Both the position numbers and the translations under genes were made by a program. Shown in pieces: positions 37,865 to 50,150 of a stretch of DNA of 58,915 nt. The number at the start of each line of letters is the position of its first letter. The first letter of the stretch is position 1. The notes below the pieces were generated by a model, which worked only from the letters and a program-made list of their open reading frames with translations, was not told where the DNA came from and did no database searches. Location of the stretch: positions 188,876,950 to 188,935,864 of the forward strand of contig NC_068982.1 in the NCBI RefSeq assembly GCF_001194135.2. Direction: 5' to 3'. The stretch comes from Octopus bimaculoides (Eukaryota).

Positions 37865-38215
37865 TCATCGTTGTTTAACGTCCGTTTTCCATGCTGGCAT
37901 GGGTTGGAAGGTTTGACTGGGGACTGGCAAGCCAGGAGGCTGCGCCAGGCTCCAATCTGATCTGGCAGTGTTTCTAGAGCTGGATGCCCTTCCTAATGCC
38001 AACCACTCTGAGAGTGTAGTGGGTGCTTTTTATGTGCGACCAGCACAGGAGCCAGTCAGGCAAGCCTGGCATTGACCACGTTCAGATGGTGCTTTTTACA
38101 TGCCACTGGCATGGGAGTCAGTCAGGTAGATCTGGTATTGACCATGTTCGGATGGTGCTTTTTACATGCCACCAGCACAAGAGCCAGTCAGGGGGCACTG
38201 GCCCCAACTACGATA
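37865..38215 (-). mobile_element. Family E with about 3 internal units
   Basis: E tail then GGAGCCAGTCAGG...GATGGTGCTTTTTACATGCCAC units. Confidence 0.85.
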
Positions 38216-38929
38216 TTGGTTTTACTTGAAATCTGTAAAATTAATGTATTTTTTAAAATTAAGTTACTTTCATACAAGTTGACAGCCTTTTGCACACTGT
38301 TGAGTGACAGTGGTAAGGACTGCCAAGAAGCAAAGGGGAGGACTGCCCCAGTCCAGTCCAAAGACGAGAGCCAAACACTGACCCACAGCCACTCTACCAC
38401 ACACACACACACACACACACAAATAAGTAAATAAATGAAAAGACCATAAATCCACTTTCAATGTTTATCAGAGAGAGAAAGACCGTCACGTCCATTGATG
38501 TGATAAATAACCAGACAGATACAACAACAACCACACACAACTCTTGTATTATTATGAACGACCAAACATTTCAACCATTTCTTTTTTTTCCTATTTTCTG
38601 GCAAAAGGCCAGCGTTATCAACATCTTTATTTTATATTTTATAACGACGCTGCATTGAAGTTGATTCTTATCATGGTGACTAAATTAAATCTTTGCCATT
38701 GATTGGAAATGATCTGAAATCATCAGGTGTGAGAATCCAATAGTCTCCATTGCTCAGATTCTAATTGTTAGAGAGAGGGGGAGGGGAGGAGAAAGGAGAG
38801 AAGGGGGAGAGATGGGGAAAGAGGGGAAAGTGGGACAACAATAAAATATCTCACCATTCTCAATGTATTTGATTACATAAAGTTAATATTTTCCGCAACG
38901 AATCAATATTATTACTAATCTATAGAAAC

Positions 38930-39145
38930 AAGTCCTGAAATTTGGGTGGGGTGGGGGCGAGACAATTACATTGCCCCCCCCCCACACACACACACAGTAC
39001 TTGACTGGCACTTATTTTATCGACCCCCGAAAGAATGAATGGTAAAGCCAACTTTGGCAGAATTTGAACTCAGTAATGTAAAGACAGAAGAAAAGTTGGC
39101 TGAGCATTTTGTCCAGTGTGCTAACAATTCCACCAGCTCACCACA
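38930..39145 (-). mobile_element. SINE family B
   Basis: TTTATCGACCCCCGAAAGAATGAA...GAATTTGAACTCAG. Confidence 0.75.
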
Positions 39146-39187
39146 TTGATGAGGAGGATAAATCGTAATAATAACAATGATAATGAT

Positions 39188-39468
39188 CTAAAAACAGAAA
39201 CAATTCCTGTCATAGTCGGTGCCTTAGGTATGATTAAAGAATATTCAGACAAATACATAACAAAAACACCAGGACTTACAAATATATATAACATACAGAA
39301 AATTGCACTACTGGGCACTGCACACATCCTATGCAAAACACTTTCAATACAGTAACCATAAGAGCACCACAGCAAACCACAGCACATACCCAAGGGACAC
39401 AGAGCTGCGCTCGGTAGTGAAGTGAAAGCACGTTATAAAAATAAAACTACTGAACAATAATAATAATA
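39188..39468 (+). pseudogene. R4/Dong-like (restriction-like endonuclease) LINE, 5'-truncated 3' end
   Basis: LKTETIPVIVGALGMIK...IQKIALLGTAHILCKTL is the typical C-terminus of RLE-bearing LINE ORFs; 3' UTR then (AAT)n. Confidence 0.8.
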
Positions 39469-39484
39469 AGATGATGATGATGAT

Positions 39485-40060
39485 GATTTCAAAGTCAGCA
39501 ATTTCCAGAGAGGAGATAAGTGAATGAGACCAACCCCAGTACACAACTGGTACTTATTATATCAACTCTGAAAAGATGAAAGGGAGAGTTGACATGGGAA
39601 GAATTTGAACTCAGAACATAGCTACAGAGGAAATGCTGTTGAGTATTTTGCCCCGAGTGCCAGCAATTCTGCCAGCTCACTGCCTTGATAATCCTTTCTA
39701 CTGAATGCACAAGGCCTTGAAATTTTGGGGAGGGGGACTAGTCGATTACATTGACCCCAGTGCGTAACTGGTACTTAATTTATTGACCCTGAAAGGATGA
39801 AAGGAAAAGTCAACCTCGGCGGGATTTGAACTCAGAGCGTAGCGGCAGACAAAATCAATGATAATAATAATTTCAGCAATTTTGGAGGGGTGGTAAATCA
39901 ATTAAATCAGCCCCCAGAACTCATCTGGTACTTAGCTTATTGACCCTGAAAGGATGAAAGGCAAAGTCGACCTTGGCAGAATTTGAACTCAGAACATAAA
40001 GACAGACAAAATGCTACAAAGCATTTTGCTTGGCATTGGTAATGATTCTGCCAGCTCATA
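39485..40060 (-). mobile_element. Three head-to-tail SINE-B copies
   Basis: B cores near 39550, 39770 and 39930. Confidence 0.85.
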
Positions 40061-40077
40061 GCCTTGTTGTTGTTGTT

Positions 40078-40305
40078 GAGGAGAAGGAGGAGGAGGAGTG
40101 AAGAAGAAGAAGAAGAAGAAGGAGAAGAAGGAAAAGAAGAAGGAAAAGAAGAAGAAGAAGAAGGAGAAGAAGGAGAAGAAGAAGAAGGAGGAGAAGAAGG
40201 AGAAGGAGAAGAAGGAGAAGAAGAAGGAGAAGGAGAAGAAGGAGAAGAAGAAGGAGGAGAAGAAGGAGGAGAAGAAGGAGAAGAAGAAGGAGAAGAAGAA
40301 GAAGC
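40078..40305. repeat. (GAA/GGA)n trinucleotide repeat
   Basis: Visible directly; produces poly-E/K/L/F ORFs. Confidence 0.95.
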
Positions 40306-40654
40306 ACACCAGCAACAACAATTTACACAGGAAGATGAAATGAAAATAGCATGGTCAATTATTCCAGAAATACTATGGAACCAATATTTGGAAGCAGTGA
40401 AGAAAGCTGAAATAGTTATAATGGCAGAAGATATAGAATTGGATGGTTTCTAAAAGAAATATCTAAAAACTATTTTTTGACAAATTGTATTGGCGGCGGC
40501 AGTGGTGGTGGTGGTGAAAGATGGATGGGCGGGGGTGTTGGTATCGTTCAATTGAAATATTCCTACTTAAAATTACTGGTATCAAAAACATGGATCTCTG
40601 CAGACAAAAAAAGAAGCTTTGAGAACCAACTAGAAAAAAAAATTGATGTAGAAA

Positions 40655-40965
40655 CAGGTGTGGTTGTGTGGTAAGAAGTTTGCTTCCCAACCACGTGGTT
40701 CCGGGTTCAGTCCCACTGCATGGCATCATGGGCAAGCGTTTTGTTTATTATGGGCTTCACGCCCACCAAAACCTTGTGAGTGAATTTGGCAGAAGGAAAC
40801 TGAAAGAAGCCCATCATGTGTGTGTGTGTGTGTGTGAACGTGTGTGTGACTGTGTCTGTATTTATCCCCCATCATTTCATGATGGCCAGTGTTGGTGTGT
40901 TTACATCCCCATAGCTTAGCAGTTTGGCAAGAGGGGCTGAGAATAAGTATCAGGCTTTAAAAATA
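40655..40965 (+). mobile_element. SINE family A
   Basis: GGTGTGGTTGTGTGGTAAGAAGTTTGCTTCCCAACCACGTGGTTCCGGGTTCAGTCCC. Confidence 0.8.
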
Positions 40966-41334
40966 TAAGTCGGTTTCTTGTTCATCACCTTTAATTTCTC
41001 TACCCTCACCTCGTTAATTACAATGGTGTCCAACCATAGAGACCATGCCAAAACAGACAACTGGGACTTGGTGCACCCCTCCAGCCTTGCCAGTCCCTGT
41101 CGACCCATCCAACCTACACCAGCATGGAAAATGGATCTTAAAAGATGATGACAATACATATATGATAGGCTTCCTCTCAGTTTTCATCTACCAAATTCAC
41201 CCTAAGTGCCATGCAGAGGGACTGAACTTGGTTACAAAGCAAGTCCAGGGTCCGATTCATTCGACTAAAATTTCTTCAAAGCCATAATGGCCACAGTCTG
41301 TTAAAAGAAACAAGTAAAAGAGAAAAAGATGGCA

Positions 41335-41457
41335 TTAGGGTTAGTTACCATTCGGCCAGTGTTAGGGACATAAATTGTGACTAAGGTTTGGGGAAAGATT
41401 TTGATTCAAAACTTATGAAAACAAGAACCGGTTTCAGCTGAGTTGGTAACGAAAGGG
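41335..41457. mobile_element. piggyBac-like MITE, partial
   Basis: Ends GGTAACGAAAGGG|TTAA. Confidence 0.7.
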
Positions 41458-41717
41458 TTAATGTAGTTCTATGTTGTGAGCAGGTTTACTAGAAATAGCA
41501 GCCAAATTTCCCTTAAAGCAGAATGTTAATAAATGAAATAGGATAATAGGTATTGAGGGATATTTTCCAGGAGAGAATGATCATCATCCTTTTGTTACCA
41601 GTAGAGAAGAGGCCACCAGGATGTAGAAACTAGGCTGAAATGTGGGCCTCTGATCCATTCATAAGATCTTGCGAAACCATCCAAATGAGGGCAGCATGGA
41701 AAATATAGATGTAAAAT

Positions 41718-41886
41718 AATGGTGGTGGTGGTGGTGATGATGGTGATGGTGATAGTGACAATGATAATGATGGTGATGATGGTGGTGGTGGTGGTGCAGT
41801 GATGGTGATAATGGTGGTCGTGATAGTGATGACGGTGGTAATGGTGATGATGATGATAATGATAGTGGTGGTGGTGACGGTGGTCA

Positions 41887-41919
<33 letters not shown>

Positions 41920-42000
41920 CAGTGATGGTGATGTTGTTGATGACAAACAACGAGGGTGTTGATGAGATGATGATGATGGTGATGGTGGTGGTGGTACTAA
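41718..42000. repeat. (GAT/GGT)n compound trinucleotide repeat
   Basis: Visible directly. Confidence 0.95.
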
Positions 42001-42135
42001 TGGCAACAATCAAGAATCCACTTAGACATTGGTTTCAGAATTGCTACTCTGATCATTTTCCAAACTTAGTTACTTCGTTATGCGATTAAGTTGAAAGCAG
42101 AAGAAAAGAACCCTGAAAAAACAAACAACATCCCA

Positions 42136-42170
<35 letters not shown>

Positions 42171-42414
42171 AAATGAGAAATAAAAAAAAAAAGTTGATAT
42201 TTCAAAGAGAATTTTTCTTTGGTGAAGGACAAATGTCTTAAGACCGATTTTGGGGAAGTGGAACATCACAAAGATGTCTGTAATTGAGTGAAACGGTAAA
42301 TGTCTAATGCATTAAGATAGAGCAAAACAGACGAAGTATGGAAAGCCTTCAAGACATTTTGGTTTGCAATTTATACAGAAACTGCAAATTACAAAGTGAA
42401 TTACAAAGTGCTAC

Positions 42415-42752
42415 TTAAAAAGCACCCATGTTAGTGTCACATGTAAAGAACCTGTGCTGGTGCCACATACAGCACCCATGATGGTACCATGTACAAAACA
42501 ACTGTGCTGATGCCACGTAAAAAGCACCAACGCTGGTGCCATGTATAAAGCATCAGTGGTGGTGCTATGTATAAAGCATTGGTGATGGTTCCACATAGAA
42601 AGCACCCAGTACACACTCCAAAGTGGTTGAGCTGTAGGAACCATGTCAAAGCAGACAGTTGGGGCTTGGTGCAGCTCTCTGGCTTGCCAGTTCTTTGCCA
42701 AACCCTCCAAGGCATGCTAACAAGAGAAATAGACATTAAACGGTAATGATGA
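42415..42752 (+). mobile_element. Family E variant with shortened, about 30-bp units
   Basis: GCACC...GTGCTGGTGCCAC.TA repeats then E-like tail. Confidence 0.6.
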
Positions 42753-42872
42753 TGAGCTGGCACTCCATAGGTTTTGACAATGCAGGTTCCAGGTGATCCA
42801 GTCAATGGAACAGTCTGCTGGTGAAATTAATGTGCAAGTGGCTGACCACTCCACAAACACGTATGCTCTTAA

Positions 42873-43095
42873 CCCTTTCGTTATTGCATTTCTGTTGAGA
42901 TGCTCTGTGTTTCTTGCAATTCATTTTAAATATAACAAAGAATTTAGTAAAATAACTTAGTTGTCATTCAGCAGGTGTTAGGAACATAAATTGTGACTAA
43001 GGTTTGGTGGAAGATTTTAATTTAAAACTTATGAAAACAAGACATTTTGTATTAAAGAGCCAGAGACAGTTTCAGCCAGGATGGTAACCAAAGGG
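42873..43095. mobile_element. piggyBac-like MITE
   Basis: TTAA|CCCTTTCGTT...CCAAAGGG|TTAA. Confidence 0.9.
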
Positions 43096-43126
43096 TTAAG
43101 AATTGTTTCTCTGTTATATATTTTAA

Positions 43127-43317
43127 CCTTTTCATTACCATATTTCTGTTGAGATGCTCAAGAATTTAGTTAAATAACTTAGTTATCATGAAGCTAATCT
43201 TAGGAACACAAATTGTAACGAAGGTTTGGTGGAAGATTTTAATTCAAAACTTATGAAAACAAGACATTTTGTACTACAGAGCCAGAAGCAGTTTCAGTCA
43301 GGATGGTAATGAAAGGG
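43127..43317. mobile_element. piggyBac-like MITE, internally shortened
   Basis: TTAA|CCTTTTCATTACC...GAAAGGG|TTAA. Confidence 0.85.
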
Positions 43318-43849
43318 TTAATGTAGTCTTGAGGAAGATTCAGTGAGAGAACGAGACAAGGCTGGTCCCCTTTGAATCACAGGTACAACTCATTTTTGTT
43401 AGCTGAGTGGAATGGAGCAATGTGAAATAAAGTGTGTTGCTCAAGGACACAACAGTCCACTGGAAATCTAATGCCCAACCTTAAATGAGAAAAAGATGTT
43501 TGTATCTAATTCCAGTGAGTGACTGATGAGCTTTTGTTATATCTGAATAGGAAAAAAAAAATAACAGCCAGAGAGAGACTGCGTACATCTTGGATTATTG
43601 ATCAAGAGAAGGTCATGAGAGCCAGCCCACACACTTTGAGTGGTGGCTAGAAATAGCTGCTGCCGACGCTTATGAAACTCTAGTCGATCCTTGGTGGAAA
43701 CTAAAGTAAGCAGACTACATCAGTAAACGGTCTTTACTGGCCAATGGCTGGGCTTGTGAGTTTAAAAATATATTGATTACATGAGAGTCGATAATTGTTC
43801 CGGCAATAAACTAAAGTTAGCAACTCTGGCGGGGAGGGTGGCAGGGTTG

Positions 43850-44062
43850 TAGTAGTAATGGTGGTGGTGATGGTGGCAGTTGTAGTGGTCACTGTGGTAG
43901 TGGTGATTGTTGTGGTAGTAGTGGTCACTGTGGTAGTGGTGGTGATTGTTGTGGTAGCAGTAGTAGAAATAGTGGTAGGGGTGATAGTAGTAGTAGTAAT
44001 GGTGGTGATGGGGATGGTAGTTCTGGCTGTAGTGGTAGTAGTAGTAACAGCAATGGTAGTCA
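43850..44062. repeat. (GTG/GTA)n repeat
   Basis: Visible directly. Confidence 0.9.
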
Positions 44063-44368
44063 TACCAGTCAATCTTCTTTGCGCAAATTCACATCCTGCT
44101 TCACCCCACCACCAGGGGGAACCAACCTACGTCAGCAAATGTTCGATGAAATCTCGGAGATAATAAGCATTACAATATATATATATATATATTTTTCTTT
44201 TTTATTTATTATTTATTTATTTACATCGTTTTTTCTTTGTCTACCTTCTTTTTTTTAATTTTTTTGATTTCCTTAATTTTTTTTTTGTTTCTTGTCTAAG
44301 ACAAAATATGAATTTTTGTTGCTACTTGGAATAAAATTGATATTTTATTTGTGGTAAATGCATGAGAT

Positions 44369-44890
44369 AGGTGCAGACACGGCTGTGCGGTAAGTAGCTT
44401 GCTTCCCAACCACATGGTTCTGAGTTCAGTCCCACAGCATGGCACCTAGAGCAAGTGTCTTTTACTATAGCCTCAGGTCGACCAAAACCTTGTGAGTGGA
44501 TTTGGGAGATGGAAACTGAAAGAAGCCCATTATATACATACATATATTGGTGCAGGCATGGCTATGTGGTAAGAAGCTTGCTTCCCAACCACATGGTTCT
44601 GGGTTCAGTCCCACTGCATAGAACCTTGGGCAAGTGTCTCCTGCTATAGCCTCAGGCCAACCAAAATCTTGTGAGTGGATTTGGTAGATGGAAACTGAAA
44701 GAAGCTCGTACACACACACACACAGACAGACATATATAGGCGCAGGCGTGGCTGTGTCGCAAGAAGCTTGCTTACCAGCCACATGGTTCTGGGTTCAGTC
44801 CCACTGCATGGCACCTTGAGCAAGTGTCTCCTATTAGATCTTCAGACCAACCAAAGCCTTGTGAGTGGATTGGGTAGGCAGAAACTGAAA
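44369..44890 (+). mobile_element. Three tandem SINE-A 5' halves
   Basis: Heads at about 44369, 44549 and 44738, each ending GAAACTGAAAGA. Confidence 0.85.
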
Positions 44891-45719
44891 GATGATGATG
44901 GTAGTAGTGATGATGATGGTGATGATGGTGATGATGATGATGGTAGTGATGATGGTGGTTGATGATGATGATGATGCTGGTGAAGAAGATATCTTTCAAC
45001 TAAGTAGAAGAGGAAGAACACAGGTGTTTGAATCAATCCCAGTTTAATGATTCTCTAAGTCATCAACTACAAAGAAGTAAAAGAAAAAGGCAAGGGTCAG
45101 ACACTCCACACCCTGAACAGGAATGGTAGTTTCAGAAACTAAGCACTGGAAAGTATTTAACCCAATTTATTTTAGTCTAGACCCAACAACAACAACAACA
45201 ACAGCAACAACAACAACAGCAACAACAACAACAGCAACAACAACATTTTGGAAACAAACATAAAATTCTTCTCTTGCAACAACAAAAAAAAGAAGAAAAA
45301 TGTGTAATAAATATCGAAAACAGACAAATGAATTTACAAAACTCTTGGCCAGAGCAGGCATGGCTGTGGGGTTAAGATGTTTTGCTTTGTAGCCATGTGG
45401 TTCTAAGTTCAATTCTACTGAGGCAATTTCAGCAAGTACTTCCGACCGTATTCTTAGGTTGACCTATCCCATGTGATTCCGATTCGGTAAATAGACATTA
45501 TATGGAAGTCCATTTTATATCATCAACACCACCACCACCACCACCACCACCACCACCATCATTGTTTTAACGTCCACTTTTCCATGCTTGCATGGGTTGG
45601 GGGAGCTTATTGCTGCAGATTTTCAAATGGCCAGATGGACATCTTGTTGCCAACTCTCACTAGATTCCAAATAAGGTAATATTTCTCCATAGACAGACAT
45701 ACATATATACATATATATA

Positions 45720-46035
45720 TATATATTGAACAGCTTTCTTTCAGCTTTTATGTACCAAATCCACTCCAGTACTTATCTTTTTTAAACCTGGTACTTATTT
45801 TATCAGTTGTTTTTGCTGAACCACTAAGTTATGAAGACATAAACACACCAACAGCAGTTGTCAGGCAGTGGTGTAGGTGTTACAAACGCACTCATATGTA
45901 CGACAGGCTTCTTTCAGTTTCTATCTACCAAATTCACTCCCAAGGCTTTGGTCAGCCCAAGGCTACAGTAGAAGACACTTGGGTGAGGTACCATGCAGTA
46001 GGACTGAACTCAGGACCACGTGGCTGGGCAGTCAG
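45720..46035 (-). mobile_element. SINE-A, rearranged or partial
   Basis: Tail and head motifs in reverse orientation. Confidence 0.7.
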
Positions 46036-46789
46036 ACTTACACAGATACACATTTGTATCACCATGTGATGAAAACTGTTACATTCAAACAACCAATACC
46101 CCAAGGTGTTCTTGTCTCACTGGTGTATTTTGGCCTTTTGTGTCTGACAAAACTAATGAAAAGCCAAACCATCATCATCATCACCATCATCCTCATGTCC
46201 TGTTTTCCATGCTGGCATGGGTCGGATGGTTCGATAGGATCCAAAGAACTGAAGGACCTCTGCATTGAGCTCCAATGTCTGCTTTGGCAGGGTTTCTGTG
46301 ACTGGGTGCCATCCCTAGTGCCAAGCACTTTACATAGAATACTGCATGCCCTTTCCATGGCCTCAGTGCTGGTGAGGTCACCAAACAACTTGCAAACGAA
46401 ACAAATAGCCCCAACCGAGCAGGGGTTTCGTAGAGACAGAGATGGCCTTATGCCAGGTGTTAAGAAGGTAGAGTATGACAGAGGAATGGGCACAGGAATC
46501 TTACTATAACGAAGACATATGGCTAATCCTATTATAGGAAATTTCGTTATAAACATTTTTGCAGCAGAAAAATTTGCTGTAAGAAATTTCATTTTAAATG
46601 ACTTCATCACGTTGTTTTCTCATGTTTGACATTGAATAAATTCCTACCGATTTAATGCTTCTAAAAAGCTTTTTATCATTTTCTTTTTTATTTTAAAAAC
46701 TGTTGATAAATGCTTTGTCATTGTCCATACAGTTTGTCGTGTGGTGACCTTTTCATTCATGGCAAAATCTTCAGACCCAGGTTACTATT

Positions 46790-47010
46790 ACTGGCACTCT
46801 GGTCTATGGTGAAATTAACGTACAAGTGGTTGAGTACTCCTCAGACATGTGTACCCTTAAAGTAGTTCTCAGGGAGTGGCCCCTTTTGAACAATGTGGAC
46901 AGAACAATGTGAAATAATAAAGTGTCTTGCTCAAGGGCATAACACATTGCCATGAATTAAACTCATACCTTACGATCATGAGCCAAATGCCTTAACCGCT
47001 AAGCCATGTG
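46790..47010 (-). mobile_element. SINE-C, internally deleted
   Basis: GTGAAATTAACGTACAAGTGG...CCCTTAAAGTAGTTCTC...AAGTGTCTTGCTCAAGG. Confidence 0.7.
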
Positions 47011-47519
47011 CTAGACATGGGTTAACCCGCATCATATAAGGTTAAGTAGAAGTAGTTGGAAAGAAGACAATGACTGTGATGAAAACCCTGTAAGGCAGTG
47101 CTCCAGAATGGCCTCAATCCATTTGGTGAAACCAAAAAAAGAAATTAAAATAATAAAAAAAAAAAAGGCTAGATGTGGATAAAATCTATTTTCTAAATTG
47201 AATAGAAGAATGGTCTGTGTGTGTGTGTCTATAGACTGGAATGTAGAGAGAGATGCTTGATTGCAAAGTGTCTGTTCTCTCTCTCTGTTGCCGCCAGAGT
47301 GGAATCGGCCAACCAAATAGTCAGCTAGCCAACAAGTCAGCAGAAACACAGTAAATTCTTCTTCTTCTTCTTCTAAAGTACTTGGTGGTGGTACTAGTAA
47401 GCACTAGTTTTTAGTTAATAGTGAAGAAATTGGTTGGCAGGTATCACTTGGAACTGGCAGAAGGGTCAGGGGACTGGCAGAATGATTTGAATGTTGGACA
47501 AAACAAGCTCCAGCAGTGG

Positions 47520-47756
47520 TTTTCTTTTATTCTTTTACTTGTTTCAGTCATTTGACTGTGGCCATGCTGGAGCACCACCTTTTAGCCGAGCAAATCGACT
47601 CCAGGACTTATTCTTTGTAAGCCTAGTGCTTATTCTATCGGTCTCTTTTGCCGAACCGCTAAGTTACGGGGACGTAAACACACCACAATCGGTTGCCATG
47701 CGATGGTGGGTGGACAAACACAGACACACACACATATATATATATACATATATACG

Positions 47757-47789
<33 letters not shown>

Positions 47790-48505
47790 CGACACACATA
47801 TACATATATACATATATGGAAAGCGAACGTAAAACAACGATGATGATGATTCTTTTATTCTTTTATTTGTTTCAGTCATTTCACTGTGGTCATGCTGGAG
47901 CACCGCCTTTAGTCAAACAAATCAACTCCAGGACTTATTCTTTATAAGCTTAGTACTTATTCTATTGGTCTCTTTTTGCTGAACTGCTAAGTTACAGGGA
48001 CGTAAACACACCAACATCTGTTGTCAAGCGATGGTAGAGTTACAAACACAGATACACAAACACACGTGCACGCACACACACACACAAACACACACACGAC
48101 AGGCTTCTTTCAGTTTTCTATTTCTTTACTGCCCACAAGGGGCTAAACACAGAGGGGACAAACAAGGACAGACAAAGGGATTAAGTTGATTACATCGACC
48201 CCAGTGTGTAACTGGTACTTAATTTATCGACCTCGAAAGGATGAAAGGCAAAGTCGACCTCGGCAGAATTTGAACTCAGAACATAACCACAGACGAAATA
48301 CCGCTAAGCATTTTGCCCGACGGGCTAACATTTCCGCCAGCTCGCCGCCTTTTCTTTCAGTTTCTGTCTACCAAATCCATTCACAAGATTTTGGTCAGCC
48401 CAAGGCTATAGTAAAAGACACTTGTCCAAGGTGCCTATAGGAGGGCTGAACCCGGAATCATGTGGTTGTGAAGCAAGCTGCTTACCACACAGCCACTCCT
48501 GCACC
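47520..48505 (-). mobile_element. SINE-A tail (47520-47730) plus SINE-A (47852-48505) containing a nested SINE-B
   Basis: Two A tails; the second A is interrupted at TTCTTTCAGTTT. Confidence 0.8.
48120..48350 (-). mobile_element. SINE-B with alternative 3' tail and 12-bp target-site duplication
   Basis: TTCTTTCAGTTT at 48105-48116 and 48352-48363; B core well conserved. Confidence 0.85.
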
Positions 48506-48631
48506 TGTAGGTCACATATGCAGATTTAGTTTTAATGTTCTTGCTCTCTTCCATTGTATATGGAAGTGCTTTGAAGTAAAGTGTGTAGAGTGTGGTCGTC
48601 TCAACAAGAAGAAGATCAGGTTCCAGCTGTG

Positions 48632-48903
48632 CAGGATCTCCTGGATTGTGTTGAGGAAGATGAAGACTCTTTGAAAACGGTCCTAACAGGTGACGAATGA
48701 AGGGTCTATGATTATAACCCAGAAACCAAAGCAAAAATAGAACCCCACTTGAAAGCAACAAGACATTAGGGAAATTCTAGAGAATGCAACAATGCAGCTG
48801 CTTGCTGTCCCCAAAGAAGGATTGTTCCAGGAATAGTCCCCTCAATGGAAACAACACTGAATAAAGTGCGTCGCTTCAGAAAGGGACTACTTTGAAGGGG
48901 ATC
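48632..48903 (+). pseudogene. mariner transposase relic, internally deleted
   Basis: QDLLDCVEEDEDSLKTVLTGDE*RVYDYNPETK (TGDE motif) joined to NATMQLLAVPKE and QWKQH*IKCVASERDYFEGD (mariner C-terminus). Confidence 0.8.
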
Positions 48904-49139
48904 AAACATCAAATGGATACATGCTGCAGTTTGTGTCTATGGCACCAGTCGTGGTACTTTTCAATCAGACCTCAGATTTATGGAGGTCATCATCATCACC
49001 ATCATCATCATCCTTTGTCCATGCTGGTGTGTATGTACGTATGTATATACATATATGTTTATGCATGTGGTGTATGTGTTTGCATGTATTTCAGGATGTG
49101 TTTTTCTATGTATGTGTGTTTATGAATTTCTGTGTATAT

Positions 49140-49530
49140 AGGCGTAGGAGTGGCTGTGTGGTAAGTAGTTTGCTTACCAACCACATGGTTCTGGGTTCAT
49201 TCCCACCGTGTGGCACCTCAGGCAAGTGTCTTCTACTATAATCTCGGGTTGACCAAAGCCTTGTGAGTGGATTTAAGAGACGGAAACTGAAAGAAGCCTA
49301 TTGTATATATGTATATATATATGTGTGTGTGTTTGTGGGTCTGTGTTTGTCCCTCCAACAGCGCTTGACAACCGATGGTGGTGTGTTTACGTCCCCATAA
49401 CTTAGCAGTTCGGAAACTGAAAGAAAAGGCGGCTTACAAAGAATAAATCCTGGGGTCAATTTGCTCAACTAAAGGCGGTGCTCCAGCATGGCCACAGTCA
49501 AATGACTGAAACAAGTAAAAAGAGAAAAAA
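49140..49530 (+). mobile_element. SINE family A, full length
   Basis: GGCGTAGGAGTGGCTGTGTGG through CAGTCAAATGACTGAAACAAGTAAAA. Confidence 0.9.
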
Positions 49531-49584
49531 AAGAAGAGTATATTTTTGTACGTGTCTGTACATTTATTTCTGTATATGCTCTCT

Positions 49585-49626
<42 letters not shown>

Positions 49627-50150
49627 CTTATTTGCACGCATAAAGGATTAACAAAAAGCTACGATGTTAAATTCTTCAATCCATCCTCACCTGACTACAA
49701 GAACACCTGTTGTAATATGGTAAACTTCTTTTATAAACCACCACCACCACCACCACCACATTACCTGTTATCTTCACTACTACTGCTACCACCACCAAAG
49801 TGGCTCCTGTTACCATTCCCTTGATCACTACAACCATCACCAGTAATTCTAGACACCATCAGCATTCAGTTTTTACCCCCTCCCCCACCACACTATATTC
49901 TAAACGAGGCAAAAGAAACTGACATGTCACATGATTGTGTTTGATAGATTTGTGCAGACACAGAGACACACATATACACAAACAAATACACACACATAAT
50001 CAGAGGAGTCAGTGCAGCGGCACTGGCAACGACCCCAATATATACATACAAAAATTTAGATTCAGATGAATATGGTACTTAAGTTGAGGCACCGGAATTT
50101 AGTATGGTATTATCCATACAATTTCAAAATAAGGTGATTAAAATCAAAAT

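Larger units (their letters stand above)
42752..43460 (-). mobile_element. SINE-C split at its TTAA by two MITEs
   Basis: GTGCAAGTGGCTGACCACTCCACAAACACGTATGCTC|TTAA resumes as TTAA|TGTAGTC at 43318; the uninterrupted equivalent is near 46850. Confidence 0.7.

Noticed and set aside
40064-40343. Poly-Glu, poly-Lys and poly-Leu ORFs
   Set aside because: (GAA/GGA)n microsatellite
46510-46780. About 60-codon minus-strand frame near GAAATTTCG repeats, possible DNA transposon
   Set aside because: No recognisable transposase motif or termini
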